Positions 32,479 through 34,933 of a stretch of DNA of 34,933 bases are shown one piece after another. Position 1 is the stretch's first letter, and every line of letters begins with the position of its first letter. A program made the translations under genes and the position numbers. This stretch comes from a virus (Duplodnaviria > Heunggongvirae > Uroviricota > Caudoviricetes). The DNA lies in IMG/VR virus record IMGVR_UViG_2778261229_000002, positions 1 through 34,933 of that record, one strand, 5' to 3'. The notes beneath the pieces were generated by a model. That model saw nothing but the letters and a program-made list of their open reading frames with translations. It did no database searches and had not been told where the DNA came from.

Positions 32479-33392
32479 GCAACGAAATTGCAATCACCAA
32501 TGATGTGTTGGCTATTCGGGGAATCGATGAAGTTACATGGAGCGCTCTGAAAAACAGTATTTACCCTGGGGCAAAAGATGAATCGGTAATGATGGCAGTC
32601 GATTACTGCCGGGCGCGTCAACTCGATCCTCTTCTTAAGCCGGTACACCTGGTACCAATGAGTGTTAAAGACTCGAAGAGTGGAAAGAATGAATGGCGCG
32701 ACGTGGTCATGCCTGGCATTGGACTTTATCGCATTCAGGCCTACCGTTCCGGCGATTACGCAGGCGCTAATGAACCTGAGTTCGGTCCAGATGTAACACA
32801 AACGCTTTCAGGCGTGGAGGTTACCTTCCCTCAGTGGTGTAAGTACACCGTCAGCAAGCGAATGGCAAGCGGGGAAATCGTAGAGTTTAGCGCCAAAGAA
32901 TACTGGATTGAGAACTATGCAACTGGGGGGCGTGACACATCGGCACCAAATGCCATGTGGAAAAAGCGCCCTTATGCGCAGTTGGCAAAATGCGCAGAGG
33001 CACAGGCATTACGTAAAGCATGGCCGGAGATTGGTCAACAAGCCACAGCTGAGGAAATGGAAGGTAAATATATCGACTCACCTGACATTATTGAACGTGA
33101 CGTAACTCCAAGAAGTCAGGCAAAGCACGGCACAGCATCCAGCATGAACAGTCTGATCAACGCTAAAACAGTGAAAAAGCCTGATGAGCAAACGCGTAAA
33201 GCGGATAGCCGTGATCCAGAAGAAATGCTGATGGCCTTTACCAGCGCAGCGATGAATTACAGCACTGTCTCCGAACTGGATAAGGCTTACAAATACATTG
33301 CACAAAAACTTTCAGATGATGACGAACTGCTCGCAAAAGCCACCGACGTTTACAGCGTTCGTCGGGAAGAATTAAACGAAACATCTATGTAA
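32475..33392 (+). CDS. recT: RecT-family single-strand annealing protein
   Basis: Block NAMWKKRPYAQLAKCAEAQALRKAWPE is characteristic of RecT/Bet-family proteins as I recall them; paired with the upstream exonuclease. Confidence 0.75.
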   Translation: MSNEIAITNDVLAIRGIDEVTWSALKNSIYPGAKDESVMMAVDYCRARQLDPLLKPVHLVPMSVKDSKSGKNEWRDVVMPGIGLYRIQAYRSGDYAGANEPEFGPDVTQTLSGVEVTFPQWCKYTVSKRMASGEIVEFSAKEYWIENYATGGRDTSAPNAMWKKRPYAQLAKCAEAQALRKAWPEIGQQATAEEMEGKYIDSPDIIERDVTPRSQAKHGTASSMNSLINAKTVKKPDEQTRKADSRDPEEMLMAFTSAAMNYSTVSELDKAYKYIAQKLSDDDELLAKATDVYSVRREELNETSM

Positions 33393-33441
33393 CCACCACC
33401 GCGGCGCCACGCGCGCCGCACTGCAACCAAGAGAGGTATTT

Positions 33442-33690
33442 ATGAAAGGTGCATTAGGTAAGAAGGAACTCCTGGCGGTGGTGCCACTGTCATGGAGCAC
33501 TATCGACCGCATGGAGCGCGCAGGGGAATTTCCTAAACGCTGGTATATCACCGATAAACGCTGCGCATGGAACCGTGATGAAGTTGAGCGTTGGCTTGAT
33601 GAACGTCAGGCAGCAAGCCCGGCAGAGTTCCAGGGTAAAAAGCCTCCTGTTCAGCAACGTGTATATCGTCCTGTGAGCAACGCTGCATGA
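33442..33690 (+). CDS. AlpA-like small DNA-binding regulator, 82 aa
   Basis: Short protein with HTH-like segment (LLAVVPLSWSTIDRMERAGEFPKRWYI) resembling the AlpA/excisionase-type family. Memory-based. Confidence 0.45.
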   Translation: MKGALGKKELLAVVPLSWSTIDRMERAGEFPKRWYITDKRCAWNRDEVERWLDERQAASPAEFQGKKPPVQQRVYRPVSNAA

Positions 33691-33799
33691 GTGCGCTGCT
33701 AAGGCACTGGAGCAAATGGTCAGGATGGTACTTATTCCTGGCCTCTGTTTCAGCATGGCTTTATCTGCTGGCATTAATTTTCAGAGAGGGTTGGATTAA

Positions 33800-34099
33800 G
33801 TGAGAAAGTTAAGCCGACTTGAAAAATATCACATGAATAAGGTTTCAATGCGCAGCCCTTCAAAGGTTGTTGCCGTTACTCCTGCGGCGATAGAGATCGA
33901 AAAACGCGCGATTGAAAGAGAGAAAAAAGGGCAGTTCCGCATTGCCGCCCACCTTTGGCTTCAGTGTATGGATGTTGCTTCTGGTGATGTTGAGCGTGCA
34001 AGGATCGCGGTTCGCAGGGACCAATGTATCACAAAAGGTAACTGCCTTCGCCGTGGCGACTATAGCGGCATAGGATGTTGTGGGGTGGTTTATGAATAA
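33800..34099 (+). CDS. Hypothetical protein, 88-99 aa, Cys-rich C-terminus
   Basis: ORF track starts at a GTG at 33800; an ATG at 33833 is an alternative start. No family assigned. Confidence 0.4.
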   Translation: MRKLSRLEKYHMNKVSMRSPSKVVAVTPAAIEIEKRAIEREKKGQFRIAAHLWLQCMDVASGDVERARIAVRRDQCITKGNCLRRGDYSGIGCCGVVYE

Positions 34100-34742
34100 G
34101 AAATACACACTAATCTATGCAGATCCACCCTGGGCATACCGGGACAAAGCCGCAGATGGTAATCGCGGTGCCGGTTTTAAATATCCGGTTATGAGTGTGC
34201 TGGATATCTGCCGCCTTCCTGTGTGGGATTTGACCGCTGAAAACTGTCTGTTGGCCATGTGGTGGGTGCCAACACAACCACTCGAAGCACTAAAAGTTGT
34301 TGAAGCCTGGGGATTCCGTCTGATGACCATGAAGGGCTTCACGTGGATAAAATGTGGTAGTCGACAACCAGATAAACTGGTTATGGGTATGGGACACATG
34401 ACTCGCGCCAATACTGAAGATTGCCTGTTTGCGGTAAAGGGAAAACTACCTACGCGCATTAATGCAGGGATCGTTCAGTCATTTACCGCACCGCGGCTTG
34501 AGCATTCAAGAAAACCAGATATCGTTCGTGAAAAACTTGTGCAATTGTTAGGCGATGTTTCTCGCATTGAACTGTTCGCCCGCCAATCGTCTCATGGCTT
34601 CGATGTTTGGGGTAATCAGTGCGAAGACCCGGCAGTGCAACTACACCCTGGATACGCGTTGGATATTGCCGGATTAACAAATGCATTCAGCAATGCTCCG
34701 CTGTCACCAACAGACAATCAGGGGCGGGAGCGTGCAGCATGA
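34092..34742 (+). CDS. MT-A70-family N6-adenine DNA methyltransferase
   Basis: ORF-track frame 34080..34742; I prefer the ATG at 34092 preceded by GGGGTGG. Signature LIYADPPWAY (DPPW motif) near the N-terminus. Confidence 0.75.
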   Translation: MNKKYTLIYADPPWAYRDKAADGNRGAGFKYPVMSVLDICRLPVWDLTAENCLLAMWWVPTQPLEALKVVEAWGFRLMTMKGFTWIKCGSRQPDKLVMGMGHMTRANTEDCLFAVKGKLPTRINAGIVQSFTAPRLEHSRKPDIVREKLVQLLGDVSRIELFARQSSHGFDVWGNQCEDPAVQLHPGYALDIAGLTNAFSNAPLSPTDNQGRERAA

Positions 34743-34933
34743 ACAGGGCATCACCAGCAGATTTAAGGAAATGCCTTGAAACTGCAAACATGCTTGCACA
34801 CAGCGGGATCAGGTTTGTTCCAATTCCCGCTGTCACTGATGCTGAATTTGCAACACTGTCAGCAATATTCGCAGATAAAATAGAATCACTGGCGGCAGAA
34901 GCAGAGATGGAAGAAAATCAGCAGAATAATTAA
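34739..34933 (+). CDS. Hypothetical small protein, 64 aa
   Basis: ATG at 34739 overlaps the methyltransferase stop (ATGA); the window ends exactly on its TAA stop codon. Confidence 0.4.
   Translation: MNRASPADLRKCLETANMLAHSGIRFVPIPAVTDAEFATLSAIFADKIESLAAEAEMEENQQNN

Larger units (their letters stand above)
1..34933. mobile_element. Temperate phage / prophage genome segment (lambdoid regulatory and replication modules joined to a podovirus-type virion module)
   Basis: Gene content and order: terminase small and large, portal, scaffold, capsid, tail and core genes, tailspike, repressor switch, O/P-like replication genes, exo/RecT. No integrase or att seen in the window. Confidence 0.9.

Noticed and set aside
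1-34933. Integrase, attachment sites or insertion sequences
   Set aside because: No tyrosine or serine recombinase, transposase or terminal inverted repeats were recognised. The prophage ends, if any, lie outside the window.

Overview
The window is a contiguous piece of a temperate enterobacterial phage or prophage, with no integrase or att site inside it. All calls come from reading the sequence and the ORF track by eye; no searches or computations were run. Right side (about 28.1-34.9 kb): a lambdoid control and early region, with a double-HTH repressor divergent from a small Cro/CII-like regulator, a PD-(D/E)XK exonuclease plus RecT, an MT-A70-type methyltransferase, and O-like/P-like replication genes with iterons inside the O-like gene. 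Middle (about 24.3-28.0 kb): a nin-like region including a TGT-like (DpdA-like) protein. Left-centre (5.3-24.3 kb, minus strand): the virion operon, with terminase small and large subunits, a tRNA-Arg(UCU) insert, portal, scaffold, major capsid, T7/epsilon15-like tail and internal core proteins. Far left (1-780): the start of a tailspike gene. The most interesting region is the 0.8-5.3 kb cargo hotspot between the core-protein genes and the tailspike. It holds an antirepressor module with a LexA box and two cassettes of unknown function (a two-gene minus-strand operon, and an AT-rich small-protein plus 3-TM membrane-protein operon). These two cassettes are my best candidates for an undescribed exclusion, abortive-infection or counter-defence system. 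A 17-bp palindrome (ATTACC-N5-GGTAAT) recurs at about ten promoter-proximal sites, including both cassettes.
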